In this document: in pieces, positions 8,087-16,901 of the stretch
Layout of the letters: each line of letters begins with the position of its first letter
How positions within the stretch are numbered: the stretch's first letter is position 1
Assembly (NCBI GenBank): GCA_964472415.1
Contig: CAYYLC010000002.1
Location: forward strand, 32,470-96,469
DNA: 64,000 bases
Direction: 5' to 3'
Source of the DNA: an uncultured Gammaproteobacteria bacterium
GTDB taxonomy: Bacteria > Patescibacteriota > Microgenomatia > Levybacterales > GWA1-39-11
Notes under the pieces: generated by a model
Told to the model about the DNA's origin: nothing
The model's database searches: none
The model's input: only the letters and a program-made list of their open reading frames with translations
Made by a program: the position numbers and the translations under genes

Positions 8087-8629
8087 TTATAGTATTTTCA
8101 CTGTCATTTTTGTGAAATTATCAGAATCTGAACGTGATACTTCCACTTCTACAGTCATCTCTCCGTTACTGGCAGCAACCTTATTCAGAATGGCTCCATT
8201 TGTATTTGTCGTAACAACACTCGTCGTATTCATGTCATGCCCACTGACCTTCTCTTTATACCAGTCGGTAATCTGAGAAGGAGTATCCACAGACTGCGCC
8301 ACTATGACTCCATTGCTTTGTGAAAGGACCGTGCTCCCAGGATACATAAATACACTTTCGTGACTACTGGTATCTCTCGGAGTTATAGGATTTACCGTAG
8401 GAGATTTTAGAACACCTTTCTTTTCTTGAATTAGTTCTTCTTCTCTTTTTTTAATATCATCTTCTCTTAATACCTCTCTATTGTTATTTTTAATATTTTT
8501 TTGTTCTGATTCTATTTCTTGATTACCATCAGTAATATATACGAATATATTACCCACTAAAAGCACTGCTAGTACGCCTCCTAAAAAGATAATCAACTTA
8601 TTTTTTTGCAAGATATCAGAAAAATTCAT
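8087..8629 (-). CDS. Membrane-anchored hypothetical protein
   Basis: N-terminal TM (LIIFLGGVLAVLLVGNIFVYI), a charged coiled region and a Ser/Thr-rich C-terminus. No recognisable domain. Confidence 0.4.
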   Translation of the reverse strand: MNFSDILQKNKLIIFLGGVLAVLLVGNIFVYITDGNQEIESEQKNIKNNNREVLREDDIKKREEELIQEKKGVLKSPTVNPITPRDTSSHESVFMYPGSTVLSQSNGVIVAQSVDTPSQITDWYKEKVSGHDMNTTSVVTTNTNGAILNKVAASNGEMTVEVEVSRSDSDNFTKMTVKIL

Positions 8630-8701
8630 GTAGTCTGCTCATTATAATCTACCCGTCAAATTTGTTTTGAAAAATCACCTCATCAATGATACTATGGGGA
8701 A

Positions 8702-9946
8702 ATGAAATTCTTCAAAAAAATCCCTGCTATCCCACGAAAATTATTTACGTGGTTTAGAAAGCTTTCTTGGAAAAAAAAGCTCCTCGTTAGCATCGTTCTT
8801 ATCATCTTATTCTTTGTTATTATGGGGCAAATTGCAGCGCTTACTGCACCTCCCAAATATACTCTCGCAAAGGCTGAACGACATGACATTACAGAAACTG
8901 TCACTGAGACAGGAAATATCTCCACCAATGGAAACACGCAAATATTTTCTCCAACAAATGGGGTAGTAACTGAAATATATGTCTCGAATGGCACAAGAGT
9001 TACAAAAGGACAAAACCTATTAACCATCCAAAGCACTGCAACTCAGCAAGAACAACAGGCAGCTTATGCAAATTATCTTTCTGCGGTAGCCTCTCTCAAT
9101 GCAGCACAAGCAAACTTAAATGTATTGAGAGCTGATATGTATACGAACTGGGAACAATTCAGAAATCTCGCAACAAATGACACGTATGAAGATGGGAACA
9201 ATAATCCCGACGAACAAAATAGGGCTGCTGCAGAATTTCAGATTTCTCAAGATATGTGGCTTGCCGCAGAAAAGAAATTTAAAGATCAACAAACTGTTGT
9301 TGGGCAGGCAAGTGCACAAGTCAGTTCGAATTGGCTCTTATATCAAGCAACACAAAATGCAATAGTTCAAGCAACCAGAAATGGAGTGATTACAAATCTT
9401 ATGGTTCAATCTGGTGCAACGGTACAGGCACCTACCGCTATGGGAACAACGCAGCCCATTCTTAATATTACAAATCTCACAACTACTGAAGTAATCATTG
9501 CGCTGAGTGAAAGTGATATCGTAAAAATTAAAGAAGGGCAAGAGGTGACAATCGATGTTAATGCAGTAAACGATAAAACATACCAAGGAGTTGTTAATCG
9601 CATGGATACCGTCGGAACAAACAATCAGGGAGTAATCCGTTACAATGCATACATCGAAATTTCAGATCCTGATGAAAGCCTGCGCCCTGGCATGACTACT
9701 GATGCAGAAATCATCACAAATAAAATTAGCAATGTTTTATCCGTCCCGAACGCTGCAATAAAACCATATCAGGGAGGGCGCGCTGTACGAATCGTTAATC
9801 CAGAAAAAGAAGAAATAAAATACATTCCGGTAAAAATCGGAGTGCGTGGGAAAGATAGAACACAGATCTTGCATGGCATAGAAGAAGGACAAGAAGTAGT
9901 AACAGCGCTATCAAATGAACAAATTAGCCGCCCGGGACTATTCTAA
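8702..9946 (+). CDS. HlyD/MacA-family periplasmic adaptor (membrane fusion protein)
   Basis: N-terminal TM, then a coiled-coil-rich region with Ala/Gln heptads (QQEQQAAYANYLSAVASLNAAQANLNVL), then a beta-barrel C-terminus. It lies immediately upstream of ABC ATPase and FtsX permease genes. Confidence 0.7.
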   Translation: MKFFKKIPAIPRKLFTWFRKLSWKKKLLVSIVLIILFFVIMGQIAALTAPPKYTLAKAERHDITETVTETGNISTNGNTQIFSPTNGVVTEIYVSNGTRVTKGQNLLTIQSTATQQEQQAAYANYLSAVASLNAAQANLNVLRADMYTNWEQFRNLATNDTYEDGNNNPDEQNRAAAEFQISQDMWLAAEKKFKDQQTVVGQASAQVSSNWLLYQATQNAIVQATRNGVITNLMVQSGATVQAPTAMGTTQPILNITNLTTTEVIIALSESDIVKIKEGQEVTIDVNAVNDKTYQGVVNRMDTVGTNNQGVIRYNAYIEISDPDESLRPGMTTDAEIITNKISNVLSVPNAAIKPYQGGRAVRIVNPEKEEIKYIPVKIGVRGKDRTQILHGIEEGQEVVTALSNEQISRPGLF

Positions 9947-9957
9947 TTTCTGATGCA

Positions 9958-10653
9958 ATGCCAAACAAAACTCCACTTATCCAGCTAAAAAGTGTTACAA
10001 AACGCTACCCTTTGGGGGATAATGAATATTACCAAGCACTGAATGGAGTAAGCCTTGAAATCAATGAAGGAGAATTTGTTGCAATTATGGGGCCATCGGG
10101 AAGTGGAAAATCTACCACTATGCATATTATTGGAGCGCTTGATACTCCAACAACTGGAAAATATCTCTTAAAAGGGAAGGATATTAGCGCATACACTGAA
10201 GACCAGCTTGCAGACATTAGGAATAAAGAAATTGGATTTGTATTTCAATCATTTAATCTCCTCCCAAGAACTACCGTGCTTAAGAATGTAGAACGCCCTA
10301 TGCTATACGGAAAAATAGATCTCCAAGAACGAACCAAACGCGCAATGGATGCGCTCACGCTTGTAGGGATACCTGATAAAGCACAAAATTTATCAAACCA
10401 TATTTCGGGAGGACAAATTCAACGTGTTGCAATTGCCCGTGCCCTTGTCATGAATCCTGCAATCCTCCTTGCTGACGAACCAACTGGAAATCTGGACACA
10501 AAAACTTCTCATGAAATCATGAAGTTTATTAAAAATCTCCATGAAAAAGGGCACACAATTGTCCTCATCACGCACGAAGACGACATCGCACAATATGCAA
10601 AGCGTATTATTAGACTCGTTGATGGAAAAGTCATATCTGATAAAAAACAATAA
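9958..10653 (+). CDS. ABC transporter ATP-binding protein (MacB/LolD/FtsE-like)
   Basis: Walker A GPSGSGKST, ABC signature LSGGQIQRVAIARAL, Walker B ILLADEPTGNLD. Confidence 0.85.
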   Translation: MPNKTPLIQLKSVTKRYPLGDNEYYQALNGVSLEINEGEFVAIMGPSGSGKSTTMHIIGALDTPTTGKYLLKGKDISAYTEDQLADIRNKEIGFVFQSFNLLPRTTVLKNVERPMLYGKIDLQERTKRAMDALTLVGIPDKAQNLSNHISGGQIQRVAIARALVMNPAILLADEPTGNLDTKTSHEIMKFIKNLHEKGHTIVLITHEDDIAQYAKRIIRLVDGKVISDKKQ

Positions 10654-10658
10654 AAACT

Positions 10659-11864
10659 ATGGAATACAAAGAGATAATTCAGTCCGCAATCCAAGCATTA
10701 AAAAGCAACCTTCTCAGAACGTCGCTCACAATGCTTGGGATTATTATCGGAATTACGTCTGTAATTCTTATCTATTCAATTGGACAAGGGGCCGTTGCAT
10801 TTGTCACAAATGAATTGTCATCATTTGGAACTGATTATTTCCAAATCACACCAGGATCTGACTCCTTCAGTTCACTTGTAGGCACGAATACACTCACTAT
10901 GGAAGATGTAGAAGTCCTCCAAAATGATGCTTCTCTAACAAATATAAATAAAGTTGCTCCTATTGCTGTCACTTCTCAAATCGTAGTAGGGAATGATGAA
11001 GAAGATCTATTGACTATTATGGGTATTACTCCAGAAGCAGGAGAAATTTTACGTCCAGAAATCCTCTATGGAGAATTTCTCACAGAAGATGCGGAATCAG
11101 AGCGGGTAGCAGTTATCGGATCTGAGGTGGCTGAGACATTTTTTGGAGAAGATACTGATCCCACTGGCGAAACGCTTCGAATTAAAGATTCTACATTTCG
11201 TGTTATCGGAGTTGATCATTCTACGAATGCACTTGCAGGAAGTGTGTTAAATAATAGCATCTATATTCCTATAACTATTGTCTTTAATGAGTTAACGGGA
11301 GAAGATACTATCCAGGAAATAGATGTCAGCGTGCATGACACAAACCAGATCAATCAAACAATCGCAGATGTAGAATCTCTGCTCCGTGAGCAACATGGAC
11401 TCGATGAAGGCGATGAAAGCGATTTTCGGATAGCAAGCGCGCAAGATATTCTTACAACAGTCGAAACAATAACCGGACTCTTAACGGCAATGATTGCGGG
11501 AATTTCAGGAATCTCACTCATTGTAGGAGGAGTTGGAGTTATGAATATTATGCTCGTATCTGTTACTGAACGGACTCGAGAAATAGGGCTCTTGAAAGCA
11601 ATAGGTGCAAAAGAAAAGGATATCCTAACACAGTTTTTAATTGAATCTGTTGTAATGAGTGTAATCGGAGGACTTATCGGGATTACTCTCGGCATATCTG
11701 GTGCATTTATTATTTCACTGTTTGCAAATATTCCATTCGTCATAAGCCCTGTTGCAATCCTAATCGCAGTTGGCGTATCAACACTTGTGGGAATTGTGTT
11801 TGGGATATATCCTGCCAAACGTGCTGCAAAACTTTCACCAATTGATGCGCTCCGATATGAATAA
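10659..11864 (+). CDS. ABC transporter permease, FtsX/MacB family
   Basis: N-terminal TM, a large extracytoplasmic domain and a C-terminal FtsX 4-TM module ([26 protein letters not shown]...[18 protein letters not shown]). It follows the ATPase. Confidence 0.8.
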   Translation: MEYKEIIQSAIQALKSNLLRTSLTMLGIIIGITSVILIYSIGQGAVAFVTNELSSFGTDYFQITPGSDSFSSLVGTNTLTMEDVEVLQNDASLTNINKVAPIAVTSQIVVGNDEEDLLTIMGITPEAGEILRPEILYGEFLTEDAESERVAVIGSEVAETFFGEDTDPTGETLRIKDSTFRVIGVDHSTNALAGSVLNNSIYIPITIVFNELTGEDTIQEIDVSVHDTNQINQTIADVESLLREQHGLDEGDESDFRIASAQDILTTVETITGLLTAMIAGISGISLIVGGVGVMNIMLVSVTERTREIGLLKAIGAKEKDILTQFLIESVVMSVIGGLIGITLGISGAFIISLFANIPFVISPVAILIAVGVSTLVGIVFGIYPAKRAAKLSPIDALRYE

Positions 11865-12660
11865 TTTGCATAGACAATTTCAGGGAAAAATCTTGAATTT
11901 TTACAGCAACAATAAACGCAATTTCTCCTGGCGTGAAACAACTGATCCTTATAAAATCCTTGTCTCAGAGATTATGCTCCAACAAACCCAAACGCAGCGT
12001 GTGATTACAAAATACGAAGAATTTTTGAAAACATTTCCTACTCTTGAAACACTTGCACAGTCTTCTACCCAAATACTCCTGACAGCATGGCAGGGATTGG
12101 GCTACAATCGCCGTGCATTATATCTAAAAAAAATAGCAGAAATTGTTATGCATGAATACAATGGCATACTTCCTAAATCTTCTAACGAACTCCTTAAGCT
12201 TCCTGGTATTGGGAAAAATACTGCAGGATCAATTATGGCATTCGCCTATAATGCACCTTCAGTCTTTATTGAGACAAATATACGTCGCGTTTTTATCCAC
12301 GAGTTTTTTTATGATAAAACTGACATTCATGATACAGAGATATTAACGCTTATCAAGCAAACGCTCCCAAGAGAAAATATTCGTGAATGGTATTACGCGC
12401 TGATGGATTATGGTGCATATATTGCAAAACAGGTTCCTAATCCAAATAGAAAAAGTAGACACTACACAAAGCAGTCTAAATTTGAAGGATCTCTCAGGCA
12501 AATTCGTGGGAAAATCTTGAAAATTCTCATTGAAAAACCACAAAAAACGGTGCATCTTTTCCATCTTCTTAATAGTCCACATACTGAAAATGCAGTAAAA
12601 CAACTTCTCAGTGAGGGATTTATCGAGGAAGAAAATGGCTATCTTTCAATCCCGTATTGA
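11857..12660 (+). CDS. HhH-GPD superfamily DNA glycosylase (MutY/Nth-like, no Fe-S cysteine cluster)
   Basis: DPYKILVSEIMLQQTQ (MutY/EndoIII N-terminal motif) and the helix-hairpin-helix LPGIGKNTAGSIMAFAY. There are no C-terminal Cys-x6-Cys-x2-Cys-x5-Cys residues. Start chosen at MNNLHRQ (ATG 11857, overlapping the ftsX stop by 8 nt); the track ORF starts at 11770 inside ftsX. Confidence 0.65.
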   Translation: MNNLHRQFQGKILNFYSNNKRNFSWRETTDPYKILVSEIMLQQTQTQRVITKYEEFLKTFPTLETLAQSSTQILLTAWQGLGYNRRALYLKKIAEIVMHEYNGILPKSSNELLKLPGIGKNTAGSIMAFAYNAPSVFIETNIRRVFIHEFFYDKTDIHDTEILTLIKQTLPRENIREWYYALMDYGAYIAKQVPNPNRKSRHYTKQSKFEGSLRQIRGKILKILIEKPQKTVHLFHLLNSPHTENAVKQLLSEGFIEEENGYLSIPY

Positions 12661-12765
12661 CAAGAAAATTATAGTCTCCTACACTAAGCCAAGAATGAAA
12701 TCTCACGCATATCTCAATATAATCTTGCCGCCAATCGAATTCTTCATATTTCAATCGCAATAATT

Positions 12766-13330
12766 ATTCTGATAATTTATTGCGCTCTGGATTATAAAAT
12801 CCTTTAATATTGCGTATCCCATTAACATTACTACCCGTCAAGCCTCAGGAGAGCTTGCAGTTGTCGGTGAAGGAATAGTAAACGTAATCCCCGATACTGC
12901 AAATGTGACACTTGGGATAATCGTTAACAATACTCAAACTGTTCAAGAAGCACAGTCTCAGATCAATACTGTCAACAATGCGATTATTTCTGCCATGGAA
13001 AAGCTTGGAATCCAAAAAGAGGATATTTCTACCTCAAATTATTCAATAAGTCCAAACTACAACTATGAAATAGGCGCAAAGGAAAAGGATATATTAACGC
13101 AATTTTTGGTCGAATCCGTTGTCATGAGTCTTATAGGGGGACTTATAGGGATCGCGCTAGGGATATCTGGAGCTTTTCTGATTTCCCTTGTTGCAAATAT
13201 CCCCTTTGTCGTAAGTATCCCCGCAATTATAATTGCTGTGGGGTATCAACTCTTGTCGGAATTGTGTTTGGGACATATCCTGCAAGGCGTGCAGCAAAAC
13301 TATCTCCTATCGATGCTTTGAGGTATGAAT
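12766..13330 (+). pseudogene. Decayed duplicate: SIMPL-gene 5' fragment fused to ftsX 3' fragment (frameshifted)
   Basis: 12766-13075 translates to [95 protein letters not shown], homologous to residues about 30-125 of the 13374 SIMPL protein. 13076-13330 is about 78% identical at the nucleotide level to the last 255 nt of ftsX ([27 protein letters not shown]...), with a 1-nt frameshift near the end. Confidence 0.8.
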
Positions 13331-13373
13331 AATTCTTATTGACAAAGGATTTACTAAAATCTAAACTTTAATT

Positions 13374-14147
13374 GTGAAACTCCAAAGAAATATTGCCGAT
13401 CTTGTCGCAAGCAGAAATTTTCTCTTCACTATCGTTTTACTTGCACTTATTGTATTTACTCTTTGGGTAATAAATGCTCTAGGAATTTCGTATCCTATAG
13501 ACGTTACCACCAAACAAGCCTCCGGAGAACTTGCTGTAATCGGAGAAGGGAAAGTGGATGTTGTCCCTGATACGGCACAAGTAAATGTCGGAATTATCGT
13601 AAGCAACGCAACCACTGTCGAAACAGCACAAAACCAGATCAACCAAACCAATAACTCGATTGTCGCCGCCATGGAAGCCTTAGGGATTTCTGACGAAGAC
13701 GTATCTACATCAAATTACTCGATAAATTCTGACTATAATTATGAATCAGGAACTAACGAAATCACCGGATACAGCGGCAATGCAAGTCTTTCCATAAAAG
13801 TAAGAAATCTTGATATCCTTCCCCAACTCATAGAGCAGTCGACGGCAAATGGTGCAAATCAGATACTAGGAACAAGCTTTGTTATAGATAAGCCCGAAGA
13901 TTACCGCGAGCAAGCTCGAAATGCGGCTATAGAAAATGCACAACAGCAAGCAAAAGAACTTGCAGATAGACTTGGAATAAAACTCGGAAAAGTTACAAAT
14001 ATCGTTGAATCCAGCGGAAATGACTATCCAATGCCGATGTATGACAGAGCCCTCTCAGTAGAGGCCATGGGCGGGGGAAGTGCCAACCTCCAGCCCGGAA
14101 GTCAAACAATCACCTCGACAGTTACTTTATATTTCGATAAAAGGTAA
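13374..14147 (+). CDS. SIMPL-domain (DUF541) protein
   Basis: GTG start. N-terminal TM, then VDVVPDTAQVNVGIIV...NYSI..DYNYE...YSGN, typical of the SIMPL/26-kDa periplasmic immunogenic protein family. Confidence 0.6.
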   Translation: MKLQRNIADLVASRNFLFTIVLLALIVFTLWVINALGISYPIDVTTKQASGELAVIGEGKVDVVPDTAQVNVGIIVSNATTVETAQNQINQTNNSIVAAMEALGISDEDVSTSNYSINSDYNYESGTNEITGYSGNASLSIKVRNLDILPQLIEQSTANGANQILGTSFVIDKPEDYREQARNAAIENAQQQAKELADRLGIKLGKVTNIVESSGNDYPMPMYDRALSVEAMGGGSANLQPGSQTITSTVTLYFDKR

Positions 14148-14180
14148 CTAAATCAAAGCTCTTCTGGTAAAATACTCTCC

Positions 14181-15317
14181 ATGATAGATTTCAAGATCGA
14201 ATTTAAGTCAAAAAAGTCCAACGCGCGTATAGGTGTTCTCAAGACTCCTCATGGAGAATTCGAGACACCTAGCTTTACTGGTGTCGCGACCCAAGCAGTA
14301 GTTAAAACATTAACGTCCGATGAAGTTGAGAAGACAAACACGAATATTCTCATCTCCAACACCTTTCACCTCCATATCAAGCCAGGTGAAAAAATCCTAG
14401 ACAAAGCCGGTGGAATTCATAAATTTATGAACTGGAATCGTCCTCTCATGACAGACTCTGGTGGATTCCAAGTCTTTTCTCTCGGGTTTGGGATTGATCA
14501 TGGCGTAGGGAAAATCCTGAAGGAAAAGTCAGACCTGTCCATTAAGGAAGGTCAACAACCGCAAAACATAAAGATAACAGATAACGGAGTATTTTTCCGC
14601 AGCCCAGTTGACGGCAAGAAATTATTTATTGGACCTAAAGAGTCTATAAAAATTCAAGAAAAAATTGGCGCGGATATAATATTTGCATTTGATGAATGCA
14701 CAAGTCCAGTTGCCAACTACGAGTACACAAAAAAGTCCCTAATTAAAACCCACAAGTGGGCCAAAATTTGCCTCGATGTAAAGACGTCTGATCAAGCACT
14801 TTATGGAATAGTACAAGGTGGAAAATTTGAAGACCTTCGATCCGAAAGCGCTAAATTTATAGGCGCACTCCCTTTCGATGGTTTTGGTATTGGAGGAGAG
14901 TTTGGAGATGATAAGAAAACCATGCAGAAAATGCTCCGTCTTACAAATTCCTTTCTCCCTGAAAAAAAACCACGTCACCTTCTCGGAATCGGGCATCCAA
15001 GTGATTTTTTACCCATTATGTCAGAAGGTATCGAAACTTTTGACTGTATTACTCCTACGCACTATGCCCGACATGGAGTCGCATTTACTCCACATGGAAG
15101 ACTCACTATGAAAAAACAGTCCTTTCTTTCTGAAAATAAACCCCTTGACCCCACATGCGAATGTGTTGCTTGCGAGAAATACTCACGAGCGTATATCTGT
15201 CATTTATTAAGGAGTCACGAGATTACCGGATTAAAGCTCTTAACAATCCACAATCTTACATACTTCAACAAGCTTATCAATAATTTGAGGGAAGAAATTA
15301 AAAATGGAACAATTTAA
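14181..15317 (+). CDS. tgt: Queuine tRNA-ribosyltransferase
   Basis: LKTPHGEFETPSFTGVATQAVVK, MTDSGGFQVFSL, and the zinc site CECVACEKYSRAYICHL. Confidence 0.85.
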   Translation: MIDFKIEFKSKKSNARIGVLKTPHGEFETPSFTGVATQAVVKTLTSDEVEKTNTNILISNTFHLHIKPGEKILDKAGGIHKFMNWNRPLMTDSGGFQVFSLGFGIDHGVGKILKEKSDLSIKEGQQPQNIKITDNGVFFRSPVDGKKLFIGPKESIKIQEKIGADIIFAFDECTSPVANYEYTKKSLIKTHKWAKICLDVKTSDQALYGIVQGGKFEDLRSESAKFIGALPFDGFGIGGEFGDDKKTMQKMLRLTNSFLPEKKPRHLLGIGHPSDFLPIMSEGIETFDCITPTHYARHGVAFTPHGRLTMKKQSFLSENKPLDPTCECVACEKYSRAYICHLLRSHEITGLKLLTIHNLTYFNKLINNLREEIKNGTI

Positions 15318-15319
15318 GC

Positions 15320-16015
15320 TTGACATCAACCTCAGATACTGATTACTATAGAATAATGAGTGTAAATACCCAAAACGTTGTTGGTGTGTTTTTGTTTTTA
15401 TTTATTGCAGCATCCCTCATTGCTATACAAATTCAAGCACAAGAGGTTACAAATAATCCATCAGAAATTGCACCACTGCAAATAGCACAGCAAAACCCTA
15501 CCACTATCAATACTTCACAACAACAATTTCTCAACCAATTAAACCAGATCGAAAACATAGCTAAGCGAAATACTGTAGAACAAATCTATACTGATCTTCA
15601 TGCCATAAATGAAGATAAGACTACTCATTGGATAAATACTCTTGACACCCTAACCAATATTCTTACCCGTGTCCAAACAAAAATAGATACTCTTGCAACA
15701 GAAGAAGTTGACACCTCGACAATTCTCCAACTTATCACTACTGCAGAGTCTGATATCGCTTCGGCAACTCTTTCTATTGGTGAGCAAGCATTAAACACCT
15801 ATACGATCAGGCTTGATAATGAACAAGCATTAAAACAGTCTGCTCAGCTTACCGTTACTCAGGCGAAATCTGATCTAGAAGCTACACTCCAAACAGTCCT
15901 TACAGCCCGAGACTCTACTCGAGAAGCCGCACGAGAACTTGGAATGCTTACGACGGGAGAGAATACGCCTTCTGAAAATACACTACCAGAACAAATTATA
16001 AATCCTGTACAATAA
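15320..16015 (+). CDS. Secreted or membrane-anchored hypothetical coiled-coil protein
   Basis: Hydrophobic N-terminus (VVGVFLFLFIAASLIAIQIQAQ), Gln/Thr-rich. The start is uncertain; MSVNTQ at about 15356 is possible. Confidence 0.4.
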   Translation: MTSTSDTDYYRIMSVNTQNVVGVFLFLFIAASLIAIQIQAQEVTNNPSEIAPLQIAQQNPTTINTSQQQFLNQLNQIENIAKRNTVEQIYTDLHAINEDKTTHWINTLDTLTNILTRVQTKIDTLATEEVDTSTILQLITTAESDIASATLSIGEQALNTYTIRLDNEQALKQSAQLTVTQAKSDLEATLQTVLTARDSTREAARELGMLTTGENTPSENTLPEQIINPVQ

Positions 16016-16019
16016 TCTT

Positions 16020-16520
16020 ATGGACCCAAATAGACCCAATAATTCACAACCTAACAATCCTGGAAATGGAAATCCGCAGTCAGTAAATCATGATTCAGCA
16101 ACACAAAACCCTCCAGCTTCTCAAACTCCCCCAATACCGCCAGGGCAAACGCCTCCAACACACCCTTCAGAGCCACCTCCGCCTCATACGCCGGTATCAG
16201 AGGCAAGTCCTGCAAACCCTATTCCGAATCCTCCCCTACAACCATCTTCTAGCGGAAATCGCGGTGGGGTACTCATTGTAGGAGGAGTACTTTTTGTATT
16301 TATAGCAATAGTCGTAGCGCTCTACTTTCTTATTATTCAGCAATCTGCAACTCCTGAGTCACAAGTAGTACCTCAGGTACCAATCCCTACCTACTCTCCA
16401 ACACCGGAGGCTACCTCAAGCGCCCTCACTGAGGAAGAGCAGGAAGTACTCGATCTCCCTATAGAGGAAAATATAGAAAACGATTTTATAGAACTAGAGC
16501 AAGCCATAAATCAACTGTAA
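16020..16520 (+). CDS. Proline-rich membrane protein (hypothetical)
   Basis: Pro/Asn-rich N-terminus, a central TM (VLIVGGVLFVFIAIVVALYFLII) and an acidic C-terminus. Confidence 0.4.
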   Translation: MDPNRPNNSQPNNPGNGNPQSVNHDSATQNPPASQTPPIPPGQTPPTHPSEPPPPHTPVSEASPANPIPNPPLQPSSSGNRGGVLIVGGVLFVFIAIVVALYFLIIQQSATPESQVVPQVPIPTYSPTPEATSSALTEEEQEVLDLPIEENIENDFIELEQAINQL

Positions 16521-16526
16521 AATCCA

Positions 16527-16859
16527 CTAGCTAAAATTCTCCAAGGAGCTTCCAACCACAGAAACGATAATACTAAATAAGAGTGCCCACCAAAATCCAT
16601 CGACAACAAATCCTGGAATAAATAGCTCTACAAGAAGTACTAATAACGCATTAATCACCAACAAGAATAATCCGAACGTTAGAATAGTTATCGGTAATGT
16701 AAGGATGAGAAGAATGGGCTTAATAAATGCATTTACAATTCCTAATACAATTGCGACAACGAGTGCTACAAAAAATGAGTCTATACTTACACCAGGCAAA
16801 ATCCACGCTGCAAGAAGTACTGCTACTACTTGAATAAAAATCCTTACAAAAAGATTCAT
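16527..16859 (-). CDS. DUF360/YvlD-like small membrane protein (putative holin superfamily IV)
   Basis: Three to four TM segments with a WILPG.S motif and FIKPILLILTLPITILTFGLFLLVINALL, typical of DUF360. Confidence 0.5.
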   Translation of the reverse strand: MNLFVRIFIQVVAVLLAAWILPGVSIDSFFVALVVAIVLGIVNAFIKPILLILTLPITILTFGLFLLVINALLVLLVELFIPGFVVDGFWWALLFSIIVSVVGSSLENFS

Positions 16860-16901
16860 AGAATCAGAATACCAAAGAATAAATTCATTCTCAACTTATC
16901 A

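Noticed and set aside
11354-11941. 195-aa minus-strand ORF overlapping the end of ftsX and the start of the glycosylase gene
   Set aside because: It is antisense to two well-supported genes and has no motifs. It is a shadow ORF.
12905-13321. 138-aa ORF that would be a SIMPL-N/FtsX-C fusion protein
   Set aside because: Both halves are diverged partial copies of neighbouring genes, and the FtsX-like half runs out of frame before the conserved C-terminus. I interpret it as a pseudogene or duplication scar, not a functional fusion.
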